This document shows, piece by piece, positions 36,914 through 46,948 of a stretch of DNA of 64,000 nt. The notes under the pieces are model-generated. The model made no database searches, had not been told where the DNA came from, and saw only the letters and a program-made list of their open reading frames with translations. The first letter of the stretch is position 1; each line of letters begins with the position of its first letter. A program made the position numbers and the translations under genes. The DNA lies in IMG/VR virus record IMGVR_UViG_3300005337_000441, positions 151,769 to 215,768 of that record; one strand, written 5' to 3'.

Positions 36914-36970
36914 GACGGCATAGACCCCCTAGGAGCTTCGCGGCTCCTAGGGGGCATGTCGTTCTTTTTT
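36914..36970. terminator. Bidirectional terminator between convergent genes
   Basis: ccccctaggagc / gctcctaggggg stem; GACGGCATA (reverse complement of the box) on the left, T tract on the right. Confidence 0.8.
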
Positions 36971-36972
36971 GG

Positions 36973-38508
36973 CTAAGCCACTGCGAAGAGGTCATCGCTT
37001 GCGTTGGAGGGTGCCGACTTCAGTCTCGGGAAAGAGGTCTTCTCACCGCGCACGTCCGACGCGATTGGCATCTTGTACGGGAACTTGTACAGGAAGTAGC
37101 GCTTGTCTTCGTCAACGATCGTCGGGATCCGGTGCTTTTCACGGAAGACCGACAGATACGTTTCTTTGTTGTGTTTGAAGAGATGGATCAGGATGCAGCA
37201 GTCGTAGACGCGATCCAGACCCTTCGTGCGTTCCCAGTAACCGCGCTCAGCGATTTCCTTGACGAACTGATCTTCAGGTGTGCCTGCACGGATCAGGCCT
37301 TTGGCCTCCGTGGAAAGTTGGTGCGGCGTGATGAAGGCAATGCCCTTGCCAGCGCAGAAGTTGCGCACGCGCGAAAGTTGGTCCATCACGTCCGTGCCCG
37401 AGGGACCGGTGGTGATACAGCCGGTGGTCGGGAGCTTGGAGAGGTAGTCCACCATGAGCACTTCGACCGCATAGCCTTGCGCTTCGAGCTCGATGATGTA
37501 GTTGCAAAGCGACTTGTAGGTCCACTGGCTGGGATCCACCCGGCGCATCTTGATGTGGAAGCCCGTCGCTTGGAGTTTGCTCTGAACGTACTCGGCAAGT
37601 TCGTCCACCGTGAGCTTGTTGATCTCGTCGTCGGTGATCCGCTCGTGCGTCTCGTCGTGTTTGAGGTACTGGTACAGGAACTGCAGGTTCTGGACGATGT
37701 CGTCCTCGAACGAGATCCGTAGCAGCAACGGTTTCTTGTTGGGGTCAGTGGTGTGGGGTGAGTTGTACTGCGCGATCTGCGCAAAGCACGACAGCGTGAA
37801 GCCCGTCTTGTACTTGTGCTGCAACGCCCCGATCACGGTGGTCTCGACTCGGAAGCCGCCCTGCAAGGCCTCGTTCACATCCTGCCAGCCCGTCTTGTAG
37901 ATGCGAGCACCGGTGGTGCTCTTCTGGACGGCGGTGAATGCGTCGCGCAACGATTCCTTGTTACCGATGTCGATCTCACCCATGACGGCCGGATCCTTAC
38001 CGCCGCCATTGATGTGCATGGGTTCGAGCTGGGCGATCAACTCAGCAATGAACTGGTTGACGTCCTTGATGGACTCCCGCTCGAACTTGAACTTCGTGGA
38101 TGCCACGCTGAGCAAATTGCCCACCGTCTGCTCTTTGAAGTGGTTGTTGATCGAGTTGCGGATGTTGACGATGCTGCGTTTCAGAGACGCATCCGTGATG
38201 TCAGGCTCGATCCCCTGACGGATGGCTTCGTACAGCTTGTCGTCGTTTACGCAGTTGATACGGATTCGCTGAAGGAACTCCGCCTTGTCGTAAACGTGAT
38301 CTTGTGGAACAGTGCACATCTCAAGCACTGTGGCCTTCAAGGCCAGGATGACTTCACGGTCCGTATTCAGACCGATGCCCACCTCACCAACCTTGACATT
38401 TTCCAGCACAGTGCGGACAAGTTCGGTGCTGTTGTCGGAACGGTCGGCTAGCAGACTTTCTCTGTAGAGGAGTGTGATACTCTTGCAGAGCAAAAGTTTG
38501 TTGTCCAC
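36973..38508 (-). CDS. DnaB-like replicative helicase (phiKZ gp118-like)
   Basis: KTGWQDVNEALQGGFR, atypical Walker A GALQHKYKT, ISFED, VDYL, ITPHQLS, KHR; divergent from the MCP operon. Confidence 0.88.
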   Translation of the reverse strand: MDNKLLLCKSITLLYRESLLADRSDNSTELVRTVLENVKVGEVGIGLNTDREVILALKATVLEMCTVPQDHVYDKAEFLQRIRINCVNDDKLYEAIRQGIEPDITDASLKRSIVNIRNSINNHFKEQTVGNLLSVASTKFKFERESIKDVNQFIAELIAQLEPMHINGGGKDPAVMGEIDIGNKESLRDAFTAVQKSTTGARIYKTGWQDVNEALQGGFRVETTVIGALQHKYKTGFTLSCFAQIAQYNSPHTTDPNKKPLLLRISFEDDIVQNLQFLYQYLKHDETHERITDDEINKLTVDELAEYVQSKLQATGFHIKMRRVDPSQWTYKSLCNYIIELEAQGYAVEVLMVDYLSKLPTTGCITTGPSGTDVMDQLSRVRNFCAGKGIAFITPHQLSTEAKGLIRAGTPEDQFVKEIAERGYWERTKGLDRVYDCCILIHLFKHNKETYLSVFREKHRIPTIVDEDKRYFLYKFPYKMPIASDVRGEKTSFPRLKSAPSNASDDLFAVA

Positions 38509-38673
38509 GGTGATACCTTTAGGCTGTTATCTTTTGAGGCAACAAGCTCAGGTGGATCTGGAGTCCATCAAGAGGGTGCCGCATGTCTTCCCGCATGGGA
38601 ACCACAACATAAGTTCGACCTTCTTTTTTCTATAGGGGTTGAGCCAGAAGTTCGATTATATGAAGGGATCACG

Positions 38674-39231
38674 ATGCACCAATCGCCCAATGTGCTGCTG
38701 AAATCCATCGCAGTGCCGGGTTGGATTTATCGCGCCGTGCTGCAAGCCAAGCGCTCGGCAGCAGATCTGTCCAACTACGGCACCCTGCGCCAGTTCCTTT
38801 CCATTGACGACTTCGCTCAATGGTGGTACGTGAACAACGGCCTGAAGATCGACAACCTCTACTTCACCGACGCTGTGGGTGGTTGGCGGTTCTTCGATGG
38901 CCTCGCTTCTGCTGAAGAGCAGGAGATCCAGAACTCTGTTGCACCCTTATCAGGTTCAGAGGAAATCGCGAGTAGCGTTAAAACCAGGCTCACGCTTGAC
39001 AAGAACAGCTGGCAGGCTGCTTCCGTGCAAGATGTTGACTACGAATTTGTCCTTTTGGACAACAAAATCTATGTGATCCTTCATGAAGGATTTTTGAAAA
39101 CCTGTGAAGACCCGCAAAAGCGTTTGGCCTTCGTCCGCGACTACCTGAAGAAATGCTATTCTATGACATCGATCGCCGATGTTTCCAAGATGGCTGTCTT
39201 CACCTCCTACGTCAACCATCTCGCAAACTGA
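38674..39231 (+). CDS. Virion protein (phiKZ gp119 position)
   Basis: 185 aa between helicase and MCP. Confidence 0.55.
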   Translation: MHQSPNVLLKSIAVPGWIYRAVLQAKRSAADLSNYGTLRQFLSIDDFAQWWYVNNGLKIDNLYFTDAVGGWRFFDGLASAEEQEIQNSVAPLSGSEEIASSVKTRLTLDKNSWQAASVQDVDYEFVLLDNKIYVILHEGFLKTCEDPQKRLAFVRDYLKKCYSMTSIADVSKMAVFTSYVNHLAN

Positions 39232-39275
39232 TCTACTCGTTTCCCCTTTTGCATCTCCACTGATAAGGAAGCAAC

Positions 39276-41441
39276 ATGCCTCAATTGTCTTTCATCAAGA
39301 CGGCACGCTCGGGCCAAACCGCCCAGGACATCCAGAGCAACAAGCTGATCTCGGGCCTGCGTGAGCAAGTCGAAGGCGGCAAGATCGTCACGACCGCCGT
39401 GGCGCGCTCGATGATCTCGATGGAAAGCCTGTCCGACACCGCGTTCCACGAGCTGGACAACGCCGGCGGCAAGCTGCAGACCGCGCTGGAATCGATCAGC
39501 ACGAACCTGTTCGGCCAGGACTACAAGCCCACGCACGCTCAGCGCGACGCCGCCGTGATGGCTGGCCTGATGGCCGGTGACTTCGTCGGCACCCTGAAGC
39601 GCAAGCACACGGTGGACCAGGTGTCCAACGAGTCGCTGCAAGTGATCGGTTCGGCCAACGTGTCGGGCGCCCTGTCCGAGCGCAGCTTCGGCCTGGAAGC
39701 CTACGACGAGCGCGAAAACCGCAACGCCGTGGTCTACTCGATCGCCTACAACTACCAGGCCAGCCGCCAGGACGAGTTCGGCGAGACGCTGTTCCCGACG
39801 ATCACCCTGACGAACGAAAACGTCGGCTTCGGCATCACCGTCAACCTGATGATGGTCTACGACGCGATCGAGCGCAAGATCTCCGGCGCCGTGACGGACT
39901 TCAACAAGAAGAACATCATCCGCGCCGTCGCTGACCCGACGATCCTGAAGAAGGACCAGACCAAGGTCGTGCCCGTGTGGCGCACCGAGAGCCAGGCCAA
40001 CTTCTCCACGACCATCCCGCACGGCGCCGTCGTCCTGGAAGGCGAGTCCATCGACACCGCTCCTCTGGCCTTCGGCAAGAAGATCGACCTGCTGGGCCTG
40101 AGCCAGACCGACGCTCTGCTGAGCACCGGCGTGATGAACCAGACCGACAGCCTGGACCCGGCCGTCAACCTGGCTGCCGTGTACCTGACGCTCGCCAACG
40201 ACGTCATCAAGGTCAACACGAAGGACCTGGCCTACAGCAACTTCGTGGCCTCGCCGCAGGACAACTACCGCCTGCAAGCGCTGACCTTCCGCACCACCGG
40301 CATCATCCTGAACAAGGACACCACGAACCTGGACGGCACCCCGCTGACCGACCTGGCTCTGCTGGCCTCGGCTGACCTGGTCGTGCACCTGGAAATGGTC
40401 GTCAACGGCACCGTCAACATCGAAACCGGTGAACTGCAGGTCTACGGCAACCGTGTCGCGGCCTTCAAGGTCTTCGACGCCGCCACCGGCAACGAACTCG
40501 ACACCACCGTCGCGGGCAACGCCAAGACCGTGGCCGACGCCATCGCCGCCGGCGAGCTGGACAGCTTCGACCTGCTGGCCTACCGCACCAACATGAACCG
40601 CCGTCAGCTGGGCCAGCTGATCGACGTGACGAAGTTCACCCAGCTGTACAACGTGCCGCTGCGTTCGCCGATCACCTCGATGCACCCCATCAACAACGAC
40701 GGCTCGACCGACGCTTCCGACGTGCAAGCGCTGATCGCCACGACCCGCATCCGCATGAGCAACGACGCCGTCGCCGCTCTGATCTCCACCATGGAGACGC
40801 TGAGCGCTGTCGTCGACGGTCGCGTGCCTGCCGACAACGGTGGTGCCCTCACCGCCATCGGCCGCTACTACGTGGTTCCCGCCTACATGGGCGACCACAT
40901 CGACATGAACACCGCCATCGACTCCATCAAGTCGCATGAGCGTGCTGCCGACATCCAGGCCGTGCTGGTCAACCACATCCGCGACATGGCCTACCGCCTG
41001 TACCGCGACTCCGAGTACAAGGCTGCGGCCGACGCTCTGAGCGGTGGCATCAGCAAGGTTCCGACCGTCATCGTCGCCACCGACCCGGTGATCGCCCGCT
41101 ACATCAACGTGGAAGGCGAACTGCGCACGCTGTCCGGCGGCTTCGACATCCGTCTGGTCTCCACCCTGGACCGCCGCGTCCAAGGCAAGATCTTCGTGAC
41201 CTTCGGCGTGTTCGACGAGACCCGCAACGTCGCTCCGAACCCGCTGAACTTCGGCAACATGGTCTGGGCGCCGGAACTGGTGCTGTCGGCCAACATCAGC
41301 CGCAGCGGCACGAGCAAGGAAACCGTGGTCCAGCCGCGTTACCTCTTCGTGAACCACCTGCCCATCGGCGGCGTGATCACCGTGGAGAACATCCCGGCCG
41401 TGCTGAACAGCGTCGTCATCGACGTCAAGGTCACCCCGTAA
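39276..41441 (+). CDS. Major capsid protein precursor (phiKZ gp120-like)
   Basis: 721 aa; propeptide with SME/ALE/GLE sites; YNYQASRQDEFGETLFPT; LNFG; QPRYLFVNHLP; extreme codon bias. Confidence 0.92.
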   Translation: MPQLSFIKTARSGQTAQDIQSNKLISGLREQVEGGKIVTTAVARSMISMESLSDTAFHELDNAGGKLQTALESISTNLFGQDYKPTHAQRDAAVMAGLMAGDFVGTLKRKHTVDQVSNESLQVIGSANVSGALSERSFGLEAYDERENRNAVVYSIAYNYQASRQDEFGETLFPTITLTNENVGFGITVNLMMVYDAIERKISGAVTDFNKKNIIRAVADPTILKKDQTKVVPVWRTESQANFSTTIPHGAVVLEGESIDTAPLAFGKKIDLLGLSQTDALLSTGVMNQTDSLDPAVNLAAVYLTLANDVIKVNTKDLAYSNFVASPQDNYRLQALTFRTTGIILNKDTTNLDGTPLTDLALLASADLVVHLEMVVNGTVNIETGELQVYGNRVAAFKVFDAATGNELDTTVAGNAKTVADAIAAGELDSFDLLAYRTNMNRRQLGQLIDVTKFTQLYNVPLRSPITSMHPINNDGSTDASDVQALIATTRIRMSNDAVAALISTMETLSAVVDGRVPADNGGALTAIGRYYVVPAYMGDHIDMNTAIDSIKSHERAADIQAVLVNHIRDMAYRLYRDSEYKAAADALSGGISKVPTVIVATDPVIARYINVEGELRTLSGGFDIRLVSTLDRRVQGKIFVTFGVFDETRNVAPNPLNFGNMVWAPELVLSANISRSGTSKETVVQPRYLFVNHLPIGGVITVENIPAVLNSVVIDVKVTP

Positions 41442-41478
41442 GGACCACTAGCCCTCAGCAATGGGGGCACACCAACCA

Positions 41479-41518
41479 GGAGACGGGGCCTTCGGGCTCC
41501 GTCTCTTTTTATGCCGTC
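41479..41518 (+). terminator. MCP terminator with TATGCCGTC box
   Basis: gagacggggcc-ttcg-ggctccgtctc then tttttatgccgtc; near copy of the 6136 hairpin. Confidence 0.85.
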
Positions 41519-41535
41519 TCGATAAAAGTTCGGGA

Positions 41536-41544
41536 ACATATACT
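41536..41544 (+). promoter_or_regulatory. Putative early promoter core ACATATACT
   Basis: Exact motif at the start of the accessory block. Confidence 0.65.
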
Positions 41545-41571
41545 TTATTTGAGATACAACAAGGAACAACC

Positions 41572-42000
41572 ATGAACACTGAAAGCAACATTGGCATTAT
41601 CGCCAAAGCCATTTACGCATTGGCCTACGAGCTGACCACGTGGATGAAGTTCGAAAGCCCCAAGTCCAAGAAGTTCCGCTTCGACGTGGATATCAAGTAC
41701 GAGGGTGATACACGTGAACTGCGCATCGAGCGTGATGAACAGGACACCTTCACGTTCTCTCTCTTCAACGACTCCATTGAGGTGTCCTTACGACGAGGAC
41801 GTCACGCCAGTGATACGAACGTGGTACGACAGCCTCGCTTCACTCTGATGATGTATCGCCCGACGGACGACACCGCTGTCCCGCGCTTAGCGATTCCGAA
41901 TAAGCCTGAAGAGGTGTTCCCGGACAACGTCTTCCCGTTCTTACACGTGTATGACGTGTTGGAGACTTGTGCGAAGGAAGCTCATCGTTTCCAAGTCTGA
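41572..42000 (+). CDS. Hypothetical protein (paralog pair A)
   Basis: AAGGA SD; IAKAIYALAYELTTWMKFESP...PEEVFPDN. Confidence 0.6.
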   Translation: MNTESNIGIIAKAIYALAYELTTWMKFESPKSKKFRFDVDIKYEGDTRELRIERDEQDTFTFSLFNDSIEVSLRRGRHASDTNVVRQPRFTLMMYRPTDDTAVPRLAIPNKPEEVFPDNVFPFLHVYDVLETCAKEAHRFQV

Positions 42001-42010
42001 AAGAACAACC

Positions 42011-42421
42011 ATGCCCATCGAACCCGGCATCGAGCTGATCGCCGCTGAACTTTATGCCATCGGCTACGAGATCACGGCGTGGATCCACTTCACCGCTCCT
42101 GATGAGAGCTACAAGCGCTACCGCTTGCCGCTCGTGCACGACGGTGAGGAATGTGAGCTGCACATCACTGCGGACTACAACAGCAACATCTCCTTCGAGC
42201 TGCAACCCTTGATGCGAGTACGTGGCCTCAACCTGAGTGAACCCACGCCCAATCAAGCGGTGCCGATCAAGCGGCGCTGGATCATCTTGACCAAACCCAA
42301 GCTCAACGACAGGATGCCTGGAATCAGCGATCCTTCGTACCCGAGCGAAACATTCCCTGCCAACTACGTGCTGACGTTCTTGCAAGGATTGAAAGCCCAC
42401 GCCGTGCAGTACCACACCTGA
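42011..42421 (+). CDS. Hypothetical protein (paralog pair A)
   Basis: IAAELYAIGYEITAWIHFTAP...PSETFPAN. Confidence 0.6.
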   Translation: MPIEPGIELIAAELYAIGYEITAWIHFTAPDESYKRYRLPLVHDGEECELHITADYNSNISFELQPLMRVRGLNLSEPTPNQAVPIKRRWIILTKPKLNDRMPGISDPSYPSETFPANYVLTFLQGLKAHAVQYHT

Positions 42422-42430
42422 GGGAACAAC

Positions 42431-42868
42431 ATGCATGCACCTGACACCCCGCATGCAGAGCATGACCCTGTGCTCAAGCATGAGAACTTCGAAACGCTGT
42501 ACGCTGAGGCCCGAAAGCTCCTGCAGCGTGTATTGCCATCGGACATGAGCACCAACATCGTGATACTGGAAGATTTCCAACTGGAGATCAACGGTCGCAT
42601 GGTGCCCTTCGTGCTGCGTTTGACAGATCACACGAAGTACCTGTCGAACATGATCTACGTGCAGATCAATCCCACTCGCACTCTGTACTCAACCAGGTGG
42701 CACTTTGCGCTGTATGAGCACGGACAACTCGTCAGCGGAGGTGCGGCCGTCGTTCATGCTGGCACCCAAGCGTGGCAACAGGAACACGCCCGCAGTCCCG
42801 AGATCGCCAAGATCGCCGCAGACTACCTCGCATCTCAAAACAAGGAAAGTCATGTACCGCAGATGTGA
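42431..42868 (+). CDS. Hypothetical protein (paralog pair B)
   Basis: DPVLKHENFETLY...RWHF...HARSPEIAKIAADYLA. Confidence 0.6.
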   Translation: MHAPDTPHAEHDPVLKHENFETLYAEARKLLQRVLPSDMSTNIVILEDFQLEINGRMVPFVLRLTDHTKYLSNMIYVQINPTRTLYSTRWHFALYEHGQLVSGGAAVVHAGTQAWQQEHARSPEIAKIAADYLASQNKESHVPQM

Positions 42869-43127
42869 AATCTGTGACGGACTGGAAGACCTGGACCATA
42901 AACCCCACTGCCGTTTCTTTGGCAAGCCGGTGACGGGTCACGAGCTCAAGTCCGAAGCAGAGTCGAACCCTGAACTCGAACGTCGAGCCGCCTTGAAGAT
43001 GGTTCACTTCTTGGCACGTCACAACCATCTCGAATCCCCCATGGGCCGTCAGGCTCAAGCCTGGGTGGAATCTACAACCAAGGTCATTCAAGGAGAAAAA
43101 GATGACCATCATCCTCGCAAGCAGTGA
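42852..43127 (+). CDS. Small protein with possible Zn-binding N-terminus
   Basis: AAGGA SD, ATG 42852; CEICDG...DHKPHC. Confidence 0.5.
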   Translation: MYRRCEICDGLEDLDHKPHCRFFGKPVTGHELKSEAESNPELERRAALKMVHFLARHNHLESPMGRQAQAWVESTTKVIQGEKDDHHPRKQ

Positions 43128-44064
43128 GCCGGATCCGGCACTGCAACATGAGAACTTCCAGAAGCTCTACGACGTGGCGCTGAGTGCAGCGCAGTCAGCT
43201 CCTTTCATCGAGAAGTCTCAAACTCGGGAGCAGACGTACAAGAGCTGCGCCTTGGTGATGAAGGGTGAGGTCGTCAAGTACAACATCCAGCTCAAGCTCT
43301 ATCCGCAGATCGGACAGCTGGAAGTCGAGGTGACTGACGACTTCATGTTCGGCGATCGGTGGCACTTTGGCTTCCATCGTGACCTGCCTGGAGAAGTGGT
43401 CGGCGGCTACTCGTCACAAGACCCATGCTCGGACACACATCGTCAAATGCATGCTCTCAGCGCCGAGCTCGCCAAGTGCGTCACAGACTTCCTCGCTCAA
43501 CTCAACCAAGAAGGACAATCTGTCGTGAGTCAAGAAAAAGAAGTATTCCATCCGGTCTGCATTCCGCCGCAGTTCAACTGGGGCGAGACCTACTTGGATC
43601 TGTTCTACGTGGTGTCGCACATGTTGCGGCCGTTCGGTGAGTACTTCGGGCCCGCCTACGGCAACGTGGTGAAGCTCAAGATGCACGCCAATGCAGTCTT
43701 GCCGCTGGACAACCACAACACCAAGACGGCCGAGACGGTCAAGTTCTCACCGGACCCCCACGCCCACGGTTCGGCCCGTGACTTCAAGGTCACGCTGGGT
43801 AGCCACTTGCGGGACTTCCCTAAGCACAGCCTGCACCATGTCTTCTCGGTCTATGAGAACGACAACGAGACCTGGAGCTACCAGTTCTCGATCGGCCTGA
43901 ACACGTACGGTCGCGTGGAGTTCACGAGCTTCTACGCGGCGCATCCGAAGTTCATGGAGGAAGTCGGCGGCGTGAATGAGGCACGCATCTGGTTTGACCG
44001 CATGGTGTTGCAGTGCCTGGGCATGTTGCGGGCTTACAAGAGCCAGCCGAGTTTGGAGGAATAA
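43102..44064 (+). CDS. Hypothetical protein (pair B domain plus extra domain)
   Basis: DPALQHENFQKLY...RWHF...HALSAELAKCVTDFLA. Confidence 0.6.
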   Translation: MTIILASSEPDPALQHENFQKLYDVALSAAQSAPFIEKSQTREQTYKSCALVMKGEVVKYNIQLKLYPQIGQLEVEVTDDFMFGDRWHFGFHRDLPGEVVGGYSSQDPCSDTHRQMHALSAELAKCVTDFLAQLNQEGQSVVSQEKEVFHPVCIPPQFNWGETYLDLFYVVSHMLRPFGEYFGPAYGNVVKLKMHANAVLPLDNHNTKTAETVKFSPDPHAHGSARDFKVTLGSHLRDFPKHSLHHVFSVYENDNETWSYQFSIGLNTYGRVEFTSFYAAHPKFMEEVGGVNEARIWFDRMVLQCLGMLRAYKSQPSLEE

Positions 44065-44069
44065 TTGCC

Positions 44070-44546
44070 ATGAGTCACATGTCCGCAAATCCAGTTCCTT
44101 TGCAGTACCGTTCCCTGCGTAGTGTCTGGCGCGCTGTACGGCACCCAGGTCTGGCTGACGCGGGCACGCAGTACACACTCCAGCAGCTCTATGAGCAGTT
44201 CAGCGCCAAGCTGACGGAGCTGAACTGCAACGGTGTGACCTACGTGGATCAGGTCTACTTCTATGGTCAACGCATGGATCTCTTTGGACACCGTGATCTG
44301 AACGGCGAGCATGCCGATCAGCTGCTGGTGACGCTGGCGCACACTTCGTTGCGTGACGCCACACTCACGTGGATGTTGCAGTTCACTGTGAACAAAGAAA
44401 ACATCGGCACGGTACAGCAGCGCTACGTTATTTCGCCGCTGTATCTGGGCGACGGAGTGACCGAGTTGCCCTACCAGTACGCGCTCACGGTGCTGGGCTC
44501 CATCATCGACACCGTCAAGACGTGTCGTCCATCCAACCCTCGATAA
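44070..44546 (+). CDS. Hypothetical protein
   Basis: GGAGG SD, ATG 44070. Confidence 0.55.
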   Translation: MSHMSANPVPLQYRSLRSVWRAVRHPGLADAGTQYTLQQLYEQFSAKLTELNCNGVTYVDQVYFYGQRMDLFGHRDLNGEHADQLLVTLAHTSLRDATLTWMLQFTVNKENIGTVQQRYVISPLYLGDGVTELPYQYALTVLGSIIDTVKTCRPSNPR

Positions 44547-44552
44547 ATCAAC

Positions 44553-45035
44553 ATGACCAACTACGAATTGATGTTAACGGTCAACTACCGGCTGGCTTAC
44601 CCCGAGGACACGGTGGCCAATCGCAAGATCTTCATCTCCCAGACGGTCTTCAAGTTCCTGGGCTTCCATCATGCGCGCACGCACTGGAAGCTTGGCACCA
44701 AGGCGCTGGAGATCTGCCACATGCTCAACATGCGCAGTCTGACCACTGCGGTCAAGACGGGCTTCTTCGGCGAGGACTTCAGCACACTGTCGCTGATGTT
44801 GCAGACACCTTTCTTCAAGGAGCGTCTGGCAGAAGTTGAGCTCGCTGACATCGAGAAGATCCAGTGGAAAGTCGACGACATCTTGCTGCCCACGGAAGGC
44901 CTGCTGTGGCAAGGTCAGGTGGTACCCGAGATGCGCGTGGATCGGGGAACCTGGATCAAGGTCATGGACTCCGTCATCAATTTTGCCAAGGTGGACACCG
45001 AGGCGGGAAAGGAAGCAAAGGTAGGATACCTATGA
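44553..45035 (+). CDS. Hypothetical protein
   Basis: ORF packing and codon bias. Confidence 0.55.
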   Translation: MTNYELMLTVNYRLAYPEDTVANRKIFISQTVFKFLGFHHARTHWKLGTKALEICHMLNMRSLTTAVKTGFFGEDFSTLSLMLQTPFFKERLAEVELADIEKIQWKVDDILLPTEGLLWQGQVVPEMRVDRGTWIKVMDSVINFAKVDTEAGKEAKVGYL

Positions 45036-45592
45036 GCAACTCACAACAATTGCTGCACTTCGATCACATGTACAACATCGGGGAGATCTTCCCCGGCAAG
45101 ACCGTGAAGGATTTCACCGGTCCGCAGTTGCGTGTGGGGGAGATTCACGTCCGTGACGGCAACGACGTCAGGGTCATCAAAAACCTGGTCACGCAGTTCA
45201 ACCCGAAAATGGTGATGACGGCTCACGGTCACATGCCGGTGGCAGGGTACGTGGATATGAAGGTGTCCAATCCCCGTCACCCTGATCTGGCCAATCTGCC
45301 GGACACGCCTGCCCTGGAAGGCGAGCTGTGCTCCAACGAAGACGGCACATTGGTGCTGTATTCGCGCAGCAACAAGAACCTCGTGGGCTTCAAGCTCGCC
45401 GCCATGTTGCCCGTGGATCCGGCTGAAGAAATCGCCGAGGCCCGTCATGAGCTGCGTCGGTACTTCACGCCCGACCAATACGACGAGGCACTTTTCCGAC
45501 AGTTCGACAACGACTACGGTCTCTTCAAGCCTGAGGCGCGTCGCCGCATCGAAGAACTCAGGAAGATCCTCAACAAAGTTCCCCGTTCGTGA
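45032..45592 (+). CDS. Hypothetical protein
   Basis: ATGA overlap, AGGA SD. Confidence 0.55.
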   Translation: MSNSQQLLHFDHMYNIGEIFPGKTVKDFTGPQLRVGEIHVRDGNDVRVIKNLVTQFNPKMVMTAHGHMPVAGYVDMKVSNPRHPDLANLPDTPALEGELCSNEDGTLVLYSRSNKNLVGFKLAAMLPVDPAEEIAEARHELRRYFTPDQYDEALFRQFDNDYGLFKPEARRRIEELRKILNKVPRS

Positions 45593-45623
45593 AGAGAGGA
45601 CCTTCGGGTCCTCTTTTTTTTTT
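45592..45623 (+). terminator. Intrinsic terminator
   Basis: agaggacc-ttcg-ggtcctct then a long T tract. Confidence 0.85.
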
Positions 45624-45647
45624 GTCTCCTTAGAAGGAATTTGGGTC

Positions 45648-45656
45648 ACATATACT
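45648..45656 (+). promoter_or_regulatory. Putative early promoter core ACATATACT
   Basis: Exact motif directly after a terminator. Confidence 0.65.
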
Positions 45657-45698
45657 GTTCTTGACATTGATCCCCTTTTCAATACTAGGAATACCAAC

Positions 45699-46283
45699 AT
45701 GAATCAACGAACCAACTACATGAAGATGTCTCAAGAGGAACTGTGGACTTTGCACGGCCTGTGCATGGATCACCTGGCTACCTCGACGGGACTTCCGATG
45801 CTGTATACGTTCCACATGTCGGTGGAACAGGACACCAAGATGATCCAGTGGGCTGTGGTGATCGAGCGCTCCTCGGAGAACAACGAACACACCACGTATG
45901 AGGACACTGTCATCCGCATCACACTCACCCATGAAAAGGGTGAGAACATCTGTGTCAGAGAGATGCACTTCACCAGCTTCAAGCTCCTGCGCACATCCAT
46001 GGACTGGGTCAAGAAGGGTGAAGCTCTGCACGACGAGGAGAGCAAAGGAAGAGTCTCCTCCAACCGCATGGAAGGCGTGATCCCGCACCTTCTCCAACAT
46101 GTTCTCGCCGCCCTTCGTGATCGCCGACCCGACACGAAAGACGAGCTCAAGCTCATGATGGCGCGTGTGCCCACTGCACAGACACTCATGCACCGTCTCG
46201 AACACATCCTGAACACCGACCATCCGGCACTGACCCGTGAAGTGCGTCAGTTCTTGGACCGTCACATCCTCGACCCGAAGTAA
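45699..46283 (+). CDS. Hypothetical protein
   Basis: AGGA SD, ATG 45699. Confidence 0.55.
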   Translation: MNQRTNYMKMSQEELWTLHGLCMDHLATSTGLPMLYTFHMSVEQDTKMIQWAVVIERSSENNEHTTYEDTVIRITLTHEKGENICVREMHFTSFKLLRTSMDWVKKGEALHDEESKGRVSSNRMEGVIPHLLQHVLAALRDRRPDTKDELKLMMARVPTAQTLMHRLEHILNTDHPALTREVRQFLDRHILDPK

Positions 46284-46291
46284 ACCTCAAC

Positions 46292-46327
46292 GAGCCCCCG
46301 CTATGCCAGGCGGGGGCTTATGCCGTC
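46292..46327 (+). terminator. Hairpin with TATGCCGTC box and no U tract
   Basis: gagcccccgcc-type stem, then TATGCCGTC. Confidence 0.6.
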
Positions 46328-46351
46328 AACACTACCAATAGGAGTACCACC

Positions 46352-46948
46352 ATGGCAAACGAAAAGATGCCTTTCCTTCTGAAAACGATTTCCGACCTGC
46401 TACCGGGCGGCGTGGACAATACACGCTATCCGGTCGCTGTCACCTACAACCCGGATCCCGAGAAGTGGGAGATCCGTGAAATACCTCTGCTCATTGCGCT
46501 CAGCAAGAAGCACGAGGACACCCTGCGTCTGGCTCGTCGTGCAGACCACGCCAGCTACTGCGACAAGAAGTTCACCTATAACGGCCAGGACTACTTGCTG
46601 CGCAAACAGCATCTCCCGTCCAAACACAGGGAATGGGACGACATCAGTCTGCGGGCCGAAGACGAGTACATGCGGCTGTCCTTCATGTCGCCTCATGCGC
46701 CGGATGGTCAGTATGCCTGGTGGATGCACTGCATCATCCCGGGCATGAACAACATTGGTCAGAAGAACTACAACTACGTGAACTACGTTGTCCCCAAAGA
46801 CAACTTGCCTTTCCCCATTGAAGAATGGGACCAGTTCCTCGCAGCGCTGGACGCCATGCTGCGAACGTGTTTCACCGAAGAGAAACTCAAGGAGATTTTG
46901 TCCCATGAGCGATCGAACCCATTCGGCGGTAAACCTTTCCCCAACTAA
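46352..46948 (+). CDS. Hypothetical protein
   Basis: AGGAG SD, 198 aa. Confidence 0.6.
   Translation: MANEKMPFLLKTISDLLPGGVDNTRYPVAVTYNPDPEKWEIREIPLLIALSKKHEDTLRLARRADHASYCDKKFTYNGQDYLLRKQHLPSKHREWDDISLRAEDEYMRLSFMSPHAPDGQYAWWMHCIIPGMNNIGQKNYNYVNYVVPKDNLPFPIEEWDQFLAALDAMLRTCFTEEKLKEILSHERSNPFGGKPFPN

Noticed and set aside
6136-41518. Near-identical hairpins at 6136 and 41479 (and related 14937) as CRISPR repeats or mobile-element ends
   Set aside because: They are dispersed single copies at gene ends with UUCG loops, with no spacers, cas genes or transposase; best explained as terminators.
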